From: Vulcanimicrobiota bacterium
Lineage (GTDB): Bacteria > Vulcanimicrobiota > Vulcanimicrobiia > Eremiobacterales > Eremiobacteraceae
Reading direction: 5' to 3'
Length of the DNA: 64,000 nucleotides
Assembly (NCBI GenBank): GCA_963812135.1
Contig: CAWETU010000001.1
Span: 2,016,001 to 2,080,000, forward strand
Part shown: one piece after another, positions 44,410 to 54,526 of the stretch
Layout of the letters: every line of letters starts with the position of its first letter
Position numbering within the stretch: position 1 is the first letter of the stretch
The notes under the pieces: model-generated
Seen by the model: only the letters and a program-made list of their open reading frames with translations
Database searches by the model: none
Told to the model about the DNA's origin: nothing
Made by a program: the position numbers and the translations under genes

Positions 44410-45977
44410 GAGGCGTTTCCTTCGGTCGAATAAATTCGACCGCTACTGATGTCGTGGGTGTGGTCGTGCGAGTGAACATGGCCCGGCGAGAACGCAAACC
44501 CGGCGATCGCCGCGATCACCAGCGTGGTGACGATGATCGCGGGCGCGTGGAGCGTCGACGCGGCGGCGCCCTGGCCGAGCATCAACGCGCCGATCGCCGC
44601 GATCACCGTCGCCGAGACGAGCGGGCCGTATCGGACGAAGCGATCGAGGCTGGGCCGGCCGGACAACCACGACGCGCCATGAACGAGCGCGATGCCAAGG
44701 CCCGTGAGCACGCCCGCAAGGCCGACGCTGAACGCGATGATGACCAGCAGGCCGTACGCGAGCTGATGGAGCGTGAGCGCGGCGAGCAACACGACCAGCG
44801 CCGCCGGACAGGGCGCGATGTTGCCGCTCATCGCGACCAGCACGACGCTGCCGAACGAGAGCGGTGCGTTGCCGGCCGGCACGTGGTCGTGGCCGTGCGG
44901 GTGGTCGTGGTCGGTCGAATGGATTTGACCGCTACTTTCGCCGTGAGCGTGCGCGTGGGCGTGTGCGCCGCCGCGGCGTATCTTAATGAAGCGCGACAGC
45001 GCGTTTGCGCCAAGGACGGCCACCATCGCGCCCGACGCCAGCGTGATCCATGGGTAGACGTTCTCGGGAACGATCCATTGGGCGGCGGCGAGCATGAGCA
45101 GGCCGAGCGCGAGCACCCCGGCGGTGTGTGCGAACGTCAAGCCGACCGCCAAGATGAGCGCCTGCTTCGAGGTCGCGCGCGCGCCGACCAGCGACACCGC
45201 GAGCAGCGTCTTGCCGTGACCGGGTTCGAGGGCGTGCAGCGCACCGAGCCCGACGGCCATGATCATCGTGAGCAACACGAGCCATGGACTGGACGCGCCT
45301 TTCGCGAGCATGTCGGAGAGCGCGTTGGAACGGAATTGGGGAGCAGCCGGTGCCATTGTCGCCGGGCGCTCGCTGGTGGTCACGCTGGCCAACACTGAGC
45401 CGCTCGATGCGAGCGTGAGCTGCACGCCGCTCACCTCGCGCGGCGAGCCGAGCAGCGCGCTCGGGTAGGCGCGCAGTTCTTGCGTCGGCTCGCGTTGCGG
45501 ATAGACGACGACGTCTTTCCAACCGATGCGCCCCGGATATGCGAGATCGAGCACGGTGAGATGACGCTGGGCTGCCGCGGCCGAGCGCGGCAACGCCGCA
45601 TGGAACTCGTCGACCCAATACAGCGTCGGCAGTCCGCCGGCGCCAGGGCGAGTCGAGGCGTGCGGTTGACCGGCTTGGAGCTGGAGCGCGCTTCCGTCGA
45701 GCGTGACGGAGAGGCTTGGTTGGATGACCGCTACTTCATCGGACGCCCAGCGGTCGAGCAGCGCTTGCGGGTCGGGACCGTCGATACCGCGCGCGTGCAT
45801 GATCTGGAACGTGGGGATCTCGGCGATGTCGAGGACATATCGAATGGTGAGGTCGGTCGCGCCGACGCGGACTTTCGTGAGATGGTTGATCGTGAAATTG
45901 CCGAGCGGGTGCGCGTCCGCCGGCACTGCGGATGCCAGGACGAATAGAAACGCGACCAACGCCAGAACTCGACGCAC
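44406..45977 (-). CDS. RcnA-like Ni/Co transporter with exported N-terminal domain and His-rich loops
   Basis: AHPLGNFTINH N-terminus, HALEPGHGK, HAHAHAH loop, PCPAAL. Confidence 0.88.
   Translation of the reverse strand: MRRVLALVAFLFVLASAVPADAHPLGNFTINHLTKVRVGATDLTIRYVLDIAEIPTFQIMHARGIDGPDPQALLDRWASDEVAVIQPSLSVTLDGSALQLQAGQPHASTRPGAGGLPTLYWVDEFHAALPRSAAAAQRHLTVLDLAYPGRIGWKDVVVYPQREPTQELRAYPSALLGSPREVSGVQLTLASSGSVLASVTTSERPATMAPAAPQFRSNALSDMLAKGASSPWLVLLTMIMAVGLGALHALEPGHGKTLLAVSLVGARATSKQALILAVGLTFAHTAGVLALGLLMLAAAQWIVPENVYPWITLASGAMVAVLGANALSRFIKIRRGGAHAHAHAHGESSGQIHSTDHDHPHGHDHVPAGNAPLSFGSVVLVAMSGNIAPCPAALVVLLAALTLHQLAYGLLVIIAFSVGLAGVLTGLGIALVHGASWLSGRPSLDRFVRYGPLVSATVIAAIGALMLGQGAAASTLHAPAIIVTTLVIAAIAGFAFSPGHVHSHDHTHDISSGRIYSTEGNAS
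44423..44446 (-). repeat. GTAG-type REP-like palindrome, copy 7 (in-frame, SSGRIYST)
   Basis: Exact consensus 24-mer in the C-terminal tail of the RcnA-like protein. Confidence 0.9.
44912..44935 (-). repeat. GTAG-type REP-like palindrome, copy 8 (in-frame in the His-rich loop, SSGQIHST)
   Basis: GTAGCGGTCAAATCCATTCGACCG, decayed copy. Confidence 0.8.
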
Positions 45978-46043
45978 TCCACCGGCCTCCTTCGGCTGGC
46001 CTTTTGCATTCGAGTCTGTAACGGCCTGGCGCCGCGAACGGAT

Positions 46044-47927
46044 TTACTTGAGCGTGTGAGGCTTGTCTATGTAGTCCTGATAGATCAGGCCTTGGGCGAT
46101 CTCCATCGATTCGGTGAGCAGGCCACGCGCGAGCGCCATGTCCTCACACGTCTCGCCCGTCGCCTGCGCCTGCGAGACGATCGCATCGACCGGCTGTTTG
46201 GTCTCGAACGACAGCCAGGCTGCGCAGCTGATCTCCCCGGGCGGGAGGCCGCTGCTCACGGCGGCTGCGTATTCGGGCGTGGCGACGCCGTTGAACCGGT
46301 ACGCCATGGCATGACGGAAGTCGTTATAGCGCTGGGGCGAAGAGGTCAGGTCGAGCATGGTGATGTGCGCCGAAAGCCACCGGCTTTGCGCGGTGTAGAC
46401 CTCGTCATCGGCCTGGAGCGCAAGCGCCTTGACCTGATCCCAGCTCGTCTGGGCCGCGTCTAAGGCGGCTTTGACTTTCGGCATATCGGCTTCTTTGATG
46501 TCGCCCGACGTCGTGTCGATCGTGTCGAGCACGAGGAAGTAATCCTTGAGCAGCTTGACGCTGTCGCCCGCCGCGCTGACCGATCCGCGCGCGTGGTCGA
46601 TGGCGCGCACCAGCTCGTCCGACGACGTCGTGAGCTGCGCGGCGATCGCGGGATAGTACCCGATCACCGGCTGTGCTGCCGGCGCGGTCGAGCTCAGCTG
46701 CGCAGCCATCTCGTGCAGCATCGAACGATTGTCCGCGAACAGGCCAGGAGCCGAGGACATCACGTCAGCGCTCAGGTCGAGCGAACCGTTGACATCGACG
46801 ACCATGCGGTCCAATGCGGCGATCGCGGTCGCGAGATTGTTGGTCGGCGTCTTGGGGTGGCCGAGGTTCGGCACGCCGCCGGAGAGGGAGTTGAGCTGCG
46901 TGTAGAGCGCCTCGGCGTCGCGATTGCCCCACTTCTCCTGCTCCGCCGCCGCAAGCGCGTCGTCGTGCGTGATGTTGAGCGCCTGTTGGATCAGCGAGGC
47001 GGTCGATGCCCGCCCAGCCGGATCGAGCGCAAACGCGAACTGCATCTGGCCCGCGGGCACGACATCTTTGAGCGCGACCTCAACGGCGGCAAGATGCTGG
47101 GCGGCCTGCGGCTCGTTGGGCTGGACGCGCAGCGCTTGCTGGAAGCGGACTTGCGCGTACGAAAAACGTCCCTCGGTCTCGTCGTGGATCGCGTCGGCGG
47201 TGATCTGCGTGGCGCTGGGATTGTCCAGCTGCGGATAGCCCATGAGGTGCGAGATGCGATCGCTTGGGACCGGATGATCCTGGAACGCCTTGTCGGCCTT
47301 GCTCTCGGGCATTGTTTCGGAGAGCTGGCGCAATTGGTCCATGAAGTCGACCATCGATTGCGGGTCGTAGCCCGCGCGCGACATCAGCTGCAACCCGTAT
47401 TGGTCCGCCTGCAACTCGTCTTGCCGAGAGAATTTGTTCATCGCGAGATCGCCGCCGTAGCCGCCGAGCAGCGACGTCAGCGGAGACAAGATCGAGAGGA
47501 TGCCGATCAGGATGCCGAGGATGTTGCCCTTCTCCTCCAACGTGACGACATGGCCGCGCTCGACGTGGCCCATCTCGTGCGCCATCACGCCGGCCAGCTC
47601 GTCATCCGACGAGACCGTGTTAAGCAGCCCCATGTCGACGTGGAGGAATCCGCCGGGCAGCGCGAACGCGTTGATCTCGTTCGAGTTGATGATCTTGAAC
47701 GAATACGTGATGTCTTGGCGCGCGCGGTACTTGGCGAGGTTGTCGCCGACGCCGTTCACCCAGGTCGTCAGGAATGGATCGTCGACGAGCAGGCTCTGCC
47801 GGTCGATCTGCTTGGAGATGTCGGCGCCTTTAGCGATCTCGGCTTGGGTGCTCATGGCGAGCACCGGCAATGGAGATGCGACGTTGCACAGGAACGCGGC
47901 GAGCACGATCGCGGAGACGAGGCGCAT
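46044..47927 (-). CDS. M48-family zinc metalloprotease with long helical C-terminus
   Basis: INAFALPGG, AHEMGH, SRQDELQAD and HP motifs; signal peptide. Confidence 0.9.
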   Translation of the reverse strand: MRLVSAIVLAAFLCNVASPLPVLAMSTQAEIAKGADISKQIDRQSLLVDDPFLTTWVNGVGDNLAKYRARQDITYSFKIINSNEINAFALPGGFLHVDMGLLNTVSSDDELAGVMAHEMGHVERGHVVTLEEKGNILGILIGILSILSPLTSLLGGYGGDLAMNKFSRQDELQADQYGLQLMSRAGYDPQSMVDFMDQLRQLSETMPESKADKAFQDHPVPSDRISHLMGYPQLDNPSATQITADAIHDETEGRFSYAQVRFQQALRVQPNEPQAAQHLAAVEVALKDVVPAGQMQFAFALDPAGRASTASLIQQALNITHDDALAAAEQEKWGNRDAEALYTQLNSLSGGVPNLGHPKTPTNNLATAIAALDRMVVDVNGSLDLSADVMSSAPGLFADNRSMLHEMAAQLSSTAPAAQPVIGYYPAIAAQLTTSSDELVRAIDHARGSVSAAGDSVKLLKDYFLVLDTIDTTSGDIKEADMPKVKAALDAAQTSWDQVKALALQADDEVYTAQSRWLSAHITMLDLTSSPQRYNDFRHAMAYRFNGVATPEYAAAVSSGLPPGEISCAAWLSFETKQPVDAIVSQAQATGETCEDMALARGLLTESMEIAQGLIYQDYIDKPHTLK

Positions 47928-47929
47928 GC

Positions 47930-48445
47930 TTAGCCTTTGTAAATCGTCGCGATGTTATCCTTGAACGCGTCGGGCGTCATGAAGCCGCGGTAGACTTTGC
48001 GCACGATCCCGTCCTTGTCGATGAAAAAACTCGCCGGCAGCGAGCTGACTTCATACGTGTCCGCGAAGCTGCCTGGGTCGAGCGCCACCTGGTAGACGAT
48101 GCCGAATCTTTTCAGGAAGGGAAGCACGAGCTCGGCGTCCTCTTGCTCGTCGATCCCGAGGAAGACGACCTTTCCTTTATATTCAGGATAGCTCTTCACG
48201 AGGCCGGGCAGCTCTTGCTTGCACGGCGGGCACCACGTGGCGAACGCGTTGATGAAAACCGGCTGGCCGCGGAACTGGGCGAGCGTCACGGGTTTGCCGT
48301 CGACATCCTTGAGGGCGATCGGCGGGGCCGGCTCGCCGACGACCACGCCATGGGCAGGATGGTTCGTGCTGCCTTGCTTGGCGCTGCAGCCGGTCGCGAT
48401 GACGGCCAGGAGCGGTAGTAAAAGGAAGAAACGCGTTTTTGTCAT
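47930..48445 (-). CDS. TlpA/ResA thioredoxin-like lipoprotein
   Basis: Lipobox IATGC; ATWCPPCKQELP. Confidence 0.92.
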   Translation of the reverse strand: MTKTRFFLLLPLLAVIATGCSAKQGSTNHPAHGVVVGEPAPPIALKDVDGKPVTLAQFRGQPVFINAFATWCPPCKQELPGLVKSYPEYKGKVVFLGIDEQEDAELVLPFLKRFGIVYQVALDPGSFADTYEVSSLPASFFIDKDGIVRKVYRGFMTPDAFKDNIATIYKG

Positions 48446-48453
48446 GTCCTGTG

Positions 48454-50359
48454 CTATGCGCCTGCGGCGGTGAGGATGAGGTCGGTGCCCCACCCGAGCA
48501 TGAATCCTAAGAACACGCCGATCGTGGCGAATTCCTTATAGCCGATGCGGCCGCCGGCCTTCGTCATCTCCGTGATGACGTAGATGATGGCGCCCGCGGC
48601 CAGCGTGAGGAACAGCACCGACAGCGTCGGCGAGACGAAGTGGTAGCCGATGACCGTGCCGAGGAATGTGGGGCCGCCGCCGATGAGGCCCAAAATAACG
48701 ATCTCGCGCAGACCGATGCGGTGCTCCGCGCCCACGAGCGGCGCGGCGATGCCGAACCCTTCGGTCATGTTGTGCAATCCGAAACCGATGATGAGCAGCA
48801 CGGCGAGCTCGATCGCGCCGGTCGCGGCGGATTGGCCGATCGCCAGCCCTTCGCTGAAGTTGTGCAGGCCGATGCCGAGCGCGATGGTCGTCGCCAACGC
48901 CATCGGACTCAAGATGCCGCCTTCGGCCACCGCTTCACGCTGCTTTGCCAGCACGATCCGCGAGAAATACACGAGACCGATAAGACCGAGCCCGAATCCC
49001 GCGAGATAGACAAACGCGAGCCAGACGAATGGTCCGGCGCCGGCGCCTTGCTGCATTTTGCCGAGTGCTTCGACGATTGGTTCGCCGGCTTGGCGCAAGA
49101 TGTCGAACAAGAGGAAGAACAACACGCCGATCGCGACGGCGTTGAGAAACGCGATCCATCGTCTGGACACGCCGCGCATCGTCGCAAAGGGTAGGCCCAA
49201 GAAGATCGTCAGGCCGGCGATGGCGCCGAGGATCAGCGTCTCGGTTTGCGTCATCTTCGGGCCGCTCGCGCCGGAGCCGTTCTGGGGCGCTGCGGCCATC
49301 TGGTCTTCCATGGCCATCGAAGCGAATCGATCGGGCGCGCCTTCGTATTGGACCGCGGAGACCAGTCCCCCGGGACCGCGGTCGCCGTTCATCATGTGGT
49401 CGGCGACATGGCAATGGAACATCCACGTGCCCGGCTGCGCGTCGGCGATGAATTCGATGTCGCGCGTCTCACCCGGACCAAGCGTGACCGTGTCCATCAT
49501 CTGGCGCGCGTTAGCGGCGACCGGTTGACCGTCGAATGCGACGATCTGGAAATGGTGGCCATGCAGGTGCATCGTGTGGAATTCGGTGCCGCTGATGTCG
49601 ATCTCGCGCACGCGGATGCGCTGGCCGCGCTTGACCGTCGAAGGGCTTGCCGAGCGGATAGCTCTTGCCGTTGATGCTGAAGTAATTCTCGGTCGAGCTG
49701 AAGACTTTCCACGACGAGATCAGCATGAGATAGTCGCGGTCAGGCTTGGGACCGGTTGCTGGAGTACGCGGCTCGACGACTACGGCGCCATACAGGCCGC
49801 GGTCGAGTTGATTCAGATCGTCGACGTGCGTGTGATAGATGTACGTGCCGGGCTGCTGCACGACGAACTGATAGATGAAGCTTTGCCCTGGCGGCACCGG
49901 CGCTTGGCTGAATCCCGGCGAGCCGTCCATCGCAGCGGGTACATTCATGCCGTGCCAGTGGATGGTCGTCGGCGCCGGCAGATGGTTGGTGAGGATGACG
50001 CGTAGCGTGTCGCCTTGGCGAACGTGGATGGTCGGACCCGGCACGGTGCCGTTGAACGTCCACGCTTCGACGGTGACGTTTGGCGCCGGCGTCCACGGCT
50101 TGACTTCGGCGATGAGATGAATCGTTTTTGTCGAGCCGGTGGTCAGCGGCGGGAGCAACGGCAGCAGCGAGTAGTCGCGCTGCGCGTCGGCCTCGGCTTG
50201 CGCGACGATCGACTGCGAAACGTCGGCGGCGAGCGGGCCCGCCGGGGCGCTGCTGAACGCATCGTCCGCTCTCGCCTGTTGCGTCGCGGGCGTCAGGCAT
50301 GCGGCACTGAAGGCGATGGCGATGCCGGCGAGCGCGAACCGCCGCGCGAAGTCGTGCAT
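48454..50359 (-). CDS. Two-domain multicopper oxidase fused to a ZIP metal transporter; apparent +1 frameshift at ~49639
   Basis: ARRFAL Tat-like signal; HWHG, YHTH, HTMHLHGH and HCHVADH Cu motifs; GLHNFSEG and GLHNMTEG ZIP motifs. Confidence 0.82.
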
Positions 50360-50366
50360 GGGTCCG

Positions 50367-51113
50367 CTATTTGCCTTTCGCCGGTTTTTGGTGCGGATGT
50401 TTGACGGTGATCGCGCCGGCGAGCTGCGTGCTCACCGAGTGCGTCTTGCCGTTGACTTTGAGGGTGAGCAGGCCGACGGCGCGCTCGAACTTTTCGACCA
50501 TGACGGTGGTGCCTGGGCGCAGGCCGAGTTGCGCGAGGTACTTCAAGAGCTCGGGCATGTCGTGCTTGACTTCGAGCACCTTGGCGCTCACGCCGAGCGG
50601 CAGCTCGACCAGACCGATCGCGTCCTCGTGGTCCCAGAGCGAGCCGTCTTCACGCGGGATCGCGTGGCCGTGCGGGCACGTCGTCGGCTCGCCCGTAAAA
50701 CGGTAGAGATGTTGTTCGACCAGCGGCGAGATCGCGTGCTCGAGTCTGCACGCCTCTGCGTAGGCGAACTCCCATGGGATTTGGAGATGATCGACCAGCA
50801 ATCGTTCGGCGAGCCGCTGACGTCGCAGCGTGAGCGCGCCGATGCGCGCGCCGGACGACGTGGGCATCACGCCGTGGCGTCCTTCGTGTTTGACGTAGCC
50901 GTCGGCATCGAGTTTCTTAAGCATCGCCGACGCGGATGCGGCTGAGACGGAGAGCTCGGCGGCGATCGCCGACGTGGAGACGGGGTCGCTATCGCGTTGC
51001 AAGCGCACGATCGTCTTCAGATACATCTCGACGTTCGGGCTGACCTCAGGCTCTGAGGTCGGCTCGACGAGCGGAGTGCGCAAGGCGGAGTTGACGCTGC
51101 GTTGTGTGGCCAT
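50367..51113 (-). CDS. DtxR/MntR-family metal-dependent repressor with FeoA-like C-terminal domain
   Basis: EMYLKTI, RLAERLL, EACRLEH and CPHGHAIP motifs. Confidence 0.93.
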   Translation of the reverse strand: MATQRSVNSALRTPLVEPTSEPEVSPNVEMYLKTIVRLQRDSDPVSTSAIAAELSVSAASASAMLKKLDADGYVKHEGRHGVMPTSSGARIGALTLRRQRLAERLLVDHLQIPWEFAYAEACRLEHAISPLVEQHLYRFTGEPTTCPHGHAIPREDGSLWDHEDAIGLVELPLGVSAKVLEVKHDMPELLKYLAQLGLRPGTTVMVEKFERAVGLLTLKVNGKTHSVSTQLAGAITVKHPHQKPAKGK

Positions 51114-51128
51114 GTTAGCCTTGCCTAA
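51110..51128 (-). promoter_or_regulatory. DtxR/IdeR-like operator overlapping the repressor start codon
   Basis: TTAGGCAAGGCTAACATGG matches 14/19 of TTAGGTTAGGCTAACCTAA; core inverted repeat TTAG-N6-CTAA. Confidence 0.7.
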
Positions 51129-51273
51129 TTCGGGGCCTCAGGCTTGGTTATCCTGTGCCATGAGGCGGGACTTAATGGCCTTAGGGGTTGTACCGGCGCT
51201 TCGAGGGGTAAATCGGAGATAGCGAAACATTGTATGCTCTTACGTACGTTCAGTGTTAGGGGTATCAAACTCA

Positions 51274-51738
51274 ATGAAAACAACGAAATTTATCGCAGCC
51301 GGCCTGATCGCCGCCTTCATGCTTGCCATGGCTCCGAAGCCTATGGCGTTAGCAGACGGCGCGGCCAGCACCCGTAACATCCTGTTGGGCGGCGCAGCTG
51401 CGGCCGCGGCAGCGATCATCATCATCAACCACAACAAGCAAGTCCACGCGAAATACGCCGCGGACGCGCAGCAGCAAGCCGCGCTCGCCGAACAGGCCAA
51501 CAACGCGCAGGCGGCCGCGAAGCAGTACAAGCTCGCGTATACACATGAAGTGGCCGTCGCCGACTCGCTGAAGCAGGAAGTGGCGCTCCAGCAAACCCAG
51601 ATCAACAAGCTGAACGCGGCGGTCGCTGCGATCAGCCCTCCTGGCTCGAACTTCGTCGCTTCGAAACCGGTCGCGGTGGTTCCAGCATCAGGCGCTAACG
51701 CGCCTCAGGTGGTCTCGTACGGCTGGGGTACGTTTTGA
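51274..51738 (+). CDS. Exported coiled-coil hypothetical protein
   Basis: Signal peptide, hydrophobic Ala/Ile segment, Q/A-rich coil, aromatic C-terminus YGWGTF. Confidence 0.75.
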   Translation: MKTTKFIAAGLIAAFMLAMAPKPMALADGAASTRNILLGGAAAAAAAIIIINHNKQVHAKYAADAQQQAALAEQANNAQAAAKQYKLAYTHEVAVADSLKQEVALQQTQINKLNAAVAAISPPGSNFVASKPVAVVPASGANAPQVVSYGWGTF

Positions 51739-52106
51739 TCGCCCGTAGACTGATCATCGCATGCGTGCTGGCTGTGGGCCTGGTGGCCTGCAGCCAGTCG
51801 CACGCCAATGACCCGACAGCGGTGGCGACGTCGGCCGCGCAGGCCCTGTACAACAACGACTACAGCGGCGCCACGGCGAATTTCGACGATGCGCTGAAGG
51901 GCCAAGCGACGCGCACGCAAGTCGCGGTGATCTCCGACAAGATGCACACGCTTGGCGATTTCCAAGGCCTGACGCTGACCAAGAGCGACGAAGACACGCG
52001 CCGCTATTGGTTCGACGCCAAGTTCAGCAAAGGCACGATGACCGTCGAGATGAAGCTGCACGCGAACGGGCAGATCGCGGCCTATCGGATCGTCCCCGCC
52101 TCATAA
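51735..52106 (+). CDS. Lipoprotein (DUF3887-like)
   Basis: Lipobox LVAC; TTG start overlapping the upstream stop. Confidence 0.75.
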   Translation: MIARRLIIACVLAVGLVACSQSHANDPTAVATSAAQALYNNDYSGATANFDDALKGQATRTQVAVISDKMHTLGDFQGLTLTKSDEDTRRYWFDAKFSKGTMTVEMKLHANGQIAAYRIVPAS

Positions 52107-52107
52107 T

Positions 52108-52162
52108 GTAGCGGTCGAGTTTACTCGACCGAGTGGATGTAGCGGCCGAATTCATTCGGCCG
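52108..52162 (+). repeat. Tandem GTAG-type REP-like palindromes, copies 9 (52108-52131) and 10 (52139-52162; supplies the add TGA stop)
   Basis: GTAGCGGTCGAGTTTACTCGACCG and GTAGCGGCCGAATTCATTCGGCCG. Confidence 0.88.
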
Positions 52163-53168
52163 TTCTTTTTTCGTACGCATCGACCTCGGCGATCCAGCGA
52201 CGCTTGTCTTCTTCTCTTGCAAAGGAGGCTTTGAAGCCATTGCGCGCTAGATGGGCAAGCTCTACTTTGGGAAAACCATGTCGCGCGAGGCTTGCGTATT
52301 CGTCCACGAGCGTCGCGCCGAAGAACGTCGGATCATCCGAGCTGAGTGTCACAGTCAGGCCTTCGCTCAAGAATTCGTAGAGCGGATGCGCCTTGACGTG
52401 GCGGACGGCGCCGGTTATTACGTTGCTCGTGGGGCATGCATCTATGGCTACCCCGCGCTCGCGTAGTAGCTCCATGACATCTCGGCGGCCACGCGCGCTC
52501 ACCCCGTGACCGATGCGCTCCGCGTGGAGCAATTCCACCGCGTCGACGATGCTTTCCGCGCCGGCCGCCTCGCCCGCGTGAACAGTGCGACGAAGACCAA
52601 CTTCTTCTGCTTTTCGAAATGCTGCTTGGAAGTCGCGCGCGGGAAAGTTTCGTTCATCGCCGCCGAGCCCTACGCCGATCACACCTTGCGCCCGCCAGCG
52701 TTGCGCTAGCGCGATATCTTCAAACGCATCGCCTTCGCCGAGGTTGCGCACCAGGTCGAAGATCAGGAGCGACGAGATACCGGACTCGCGATGCGCCCGA
52801 TCGCAGGCCTCGCACACGGCACCCACCAGCTGCTCAAGGTTAATTCCAGGCACGAACTTGCGCTGCGTCGCCGGTGAAAGGAAGATTTCGACATGGCGGA
52901 CCCCATCGGCGGCGGAGGATGTAAGATATTCGCTTGCAAGCTCGGCAAAATCACGCGGCTCTTTGAGAACCCGAACGACTTTGAGAAACGCCCGTAGGAA
53001 CGAGTCAAAGTCGCGGCAGTGGAACAGCGCAGCCGGATCTTCTGCCGGTTCGATGCCGTTGCGTCTGGCGATCCGGACATATGCCTGCGGTGTGATGGTC
53101 CCTTCGAGATGCACGTGGAGTTCAGGCTTGGGAAGGCCCTTGATCCAAGCGTGGTCGCTTTCGCTCAC
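52152..53168 (-). CDS. add: Adenosine/adenine deaminase
   Basis: PKPELHVHLEG, HAGE, RIGHG, CPTSN and SDDP motifs. Confidence 0.94.
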   Translation of the reverse strand: MSESDHAWIKGLPKPELHVHLEGTITPQAYVRIARRNGIEPAEDPAALFHCRDFDSFLRAFLKVVRVLKEPRDFAELASEYLTSSAADGVRHVEIFLSPATQRKFVPGINLEQLVGAVCEACDRAHRESGISSLLIFDLVRNLGEGDAFEDIALAQRWRAQGVIGVGLGGDERNFPARDFQAAFRKAEEVGLRRTVHAGEAAGAESIVDAVELLHAERIGHGVSARGRRDVMELLRERGVAIDACPTSNVITGAVRHVKAHPLYEFLSEGLTVTLSSDDPTFFGATLVDEYASLARHGFPKVELAHLARNGFKASFAREEDKRRWIAEVDAYEKRTAE

Positions 53169-54028
53169 TGCGCCGAGAACGTGCGTAAGTACTCGAGCGT
53201 TTGGAGATCGATGCAGCCGTCGTCGCGAACGCGGTCTTCAAGGTTTTCGCGATGCATGAACGAGACGAGCGCTTTACGCGCGTTGTCGTCGAATCGACTA
53301 CCTTGGGGTAACTCGCGCGCTTTGGTAAGCAGTTCCGCCAGTTGGGCTCCGAGCTTGTCGTCGATCGGTAAGATCTCGTCGGGCAATGGCTTGAAGTAGT
53401 ACAGCTTATGGATCTCGAGGATTCGCGCAAGTTCTTCAATGGGCCGCGGATTGTCGTCGACCCTCAGATCGACATACCGATCGTTGAAACCGGCGTATCC
53501 GCCGCCTGGTTTTGCGATGTAAAGCGCAGCGCTTTGCTGGCCGCGCTTGTCGCCGCCGGCGGCCTGACCCGCGCGCAATGCGGCCACTAATCGGTCCGCA
53601 AGATGCCCTTTGGTTTGATGGAAAGCGCTCACCATCGAGTCGACGACGGCTTGGCCCACGAGAATGTTTCCTTGAGCGGCGAAGTTTGGTCCGTTCTCTC
53701 CGCCTGCCCAATCCTTGCATTTCTCGCCAGTGTACGTGGCGGAGCGGCCCTTGGCATCGACGATTCCGACCTGACGTTCATCGGCGTGTTCGTCATCGCC
53801 AGTCAGCGTGCGCATTGTCTCTTCGGGGGTCGCCCCTTTGCGTAGTAAATCAAGACCACGGGGTCCATATGTCGTGTTCGCCCACGATTGCGTGGCGATC
53901 GCGCCGACGCCGCCCTCGACCCACGGAACGGCTGACCCCACGGAGAGGAATTTGGATTCCACTGCGACGCCGAGTTCGTTCTTTTCTGGATCGAACGCGA
54001 CGATGGAAAATGTCGATGGCACCAACAT
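53165..54028 (-). CDS. DUF1028 (Ntn-hydrolase-like) protein with C-terminal peptidoglycan-binding-like domain
   Basis: TFSIVA, GAIATQS, AQGNIL, GGDKRG and DLRVDD motifs. Confidence 0.9.
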   Translation of the reverse strand: MLVPSTFSIVAFDPEKNELGVAVESKFLSVGSAVPWVEGGVGAIATQSWANTTYGPRGLDLLRKGATPEETMRTLTGDDEHADERQVGIVDAKGRSATYTGEKCKDWAGGENGPNFAAQGNILVGQAVVDSMVSAFHQTKGHLADRLVAALRAGQAAGGDKRGQQSAALYIAKPGGGYAGFNDRYVDLRVDDNPRPIEELARILEIHKLYYFKPLPDEILPIDDKLGAQLAELLTKARELPQGSRFDDNARKALVSFMHRENLEDRVRDDGCIDLQTLEYLRTFSAQ

Positions 54029-54067
54029 GCGGGCAGGTACGCGACGTAGTCTCGACGTACCTATCAG

Positions 54068-54453
<386 letters not shown>

Positions 54454-54470
54454 ATTTTCAGGATAAAGAA

Positions 54471-54507
54471 AACGCGCAATCTTCTGTCGGACGAGAGATT
54501 GCGCGTT
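54471..54507. terminator. Bidirectional intrinsic terminator between tRNA-fMet and the sulfatase gene
   Basis: 12-bp stem AACGCGCAATCT/AGATTGCGCGTT with A-rich and T-rich flanks. Confidence 0.75.
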
Positions 54508-54526
54508 CTTGTTTACGTCGCCGAGT

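Noticed and set aside
49630..49650. Programmed ribosomal frameshift inside the multicopper oxidase
   Set aside because: No slippery heptamer or stimulatory structure; it splits one enzyme and matches the window-wide +1 error pattern.
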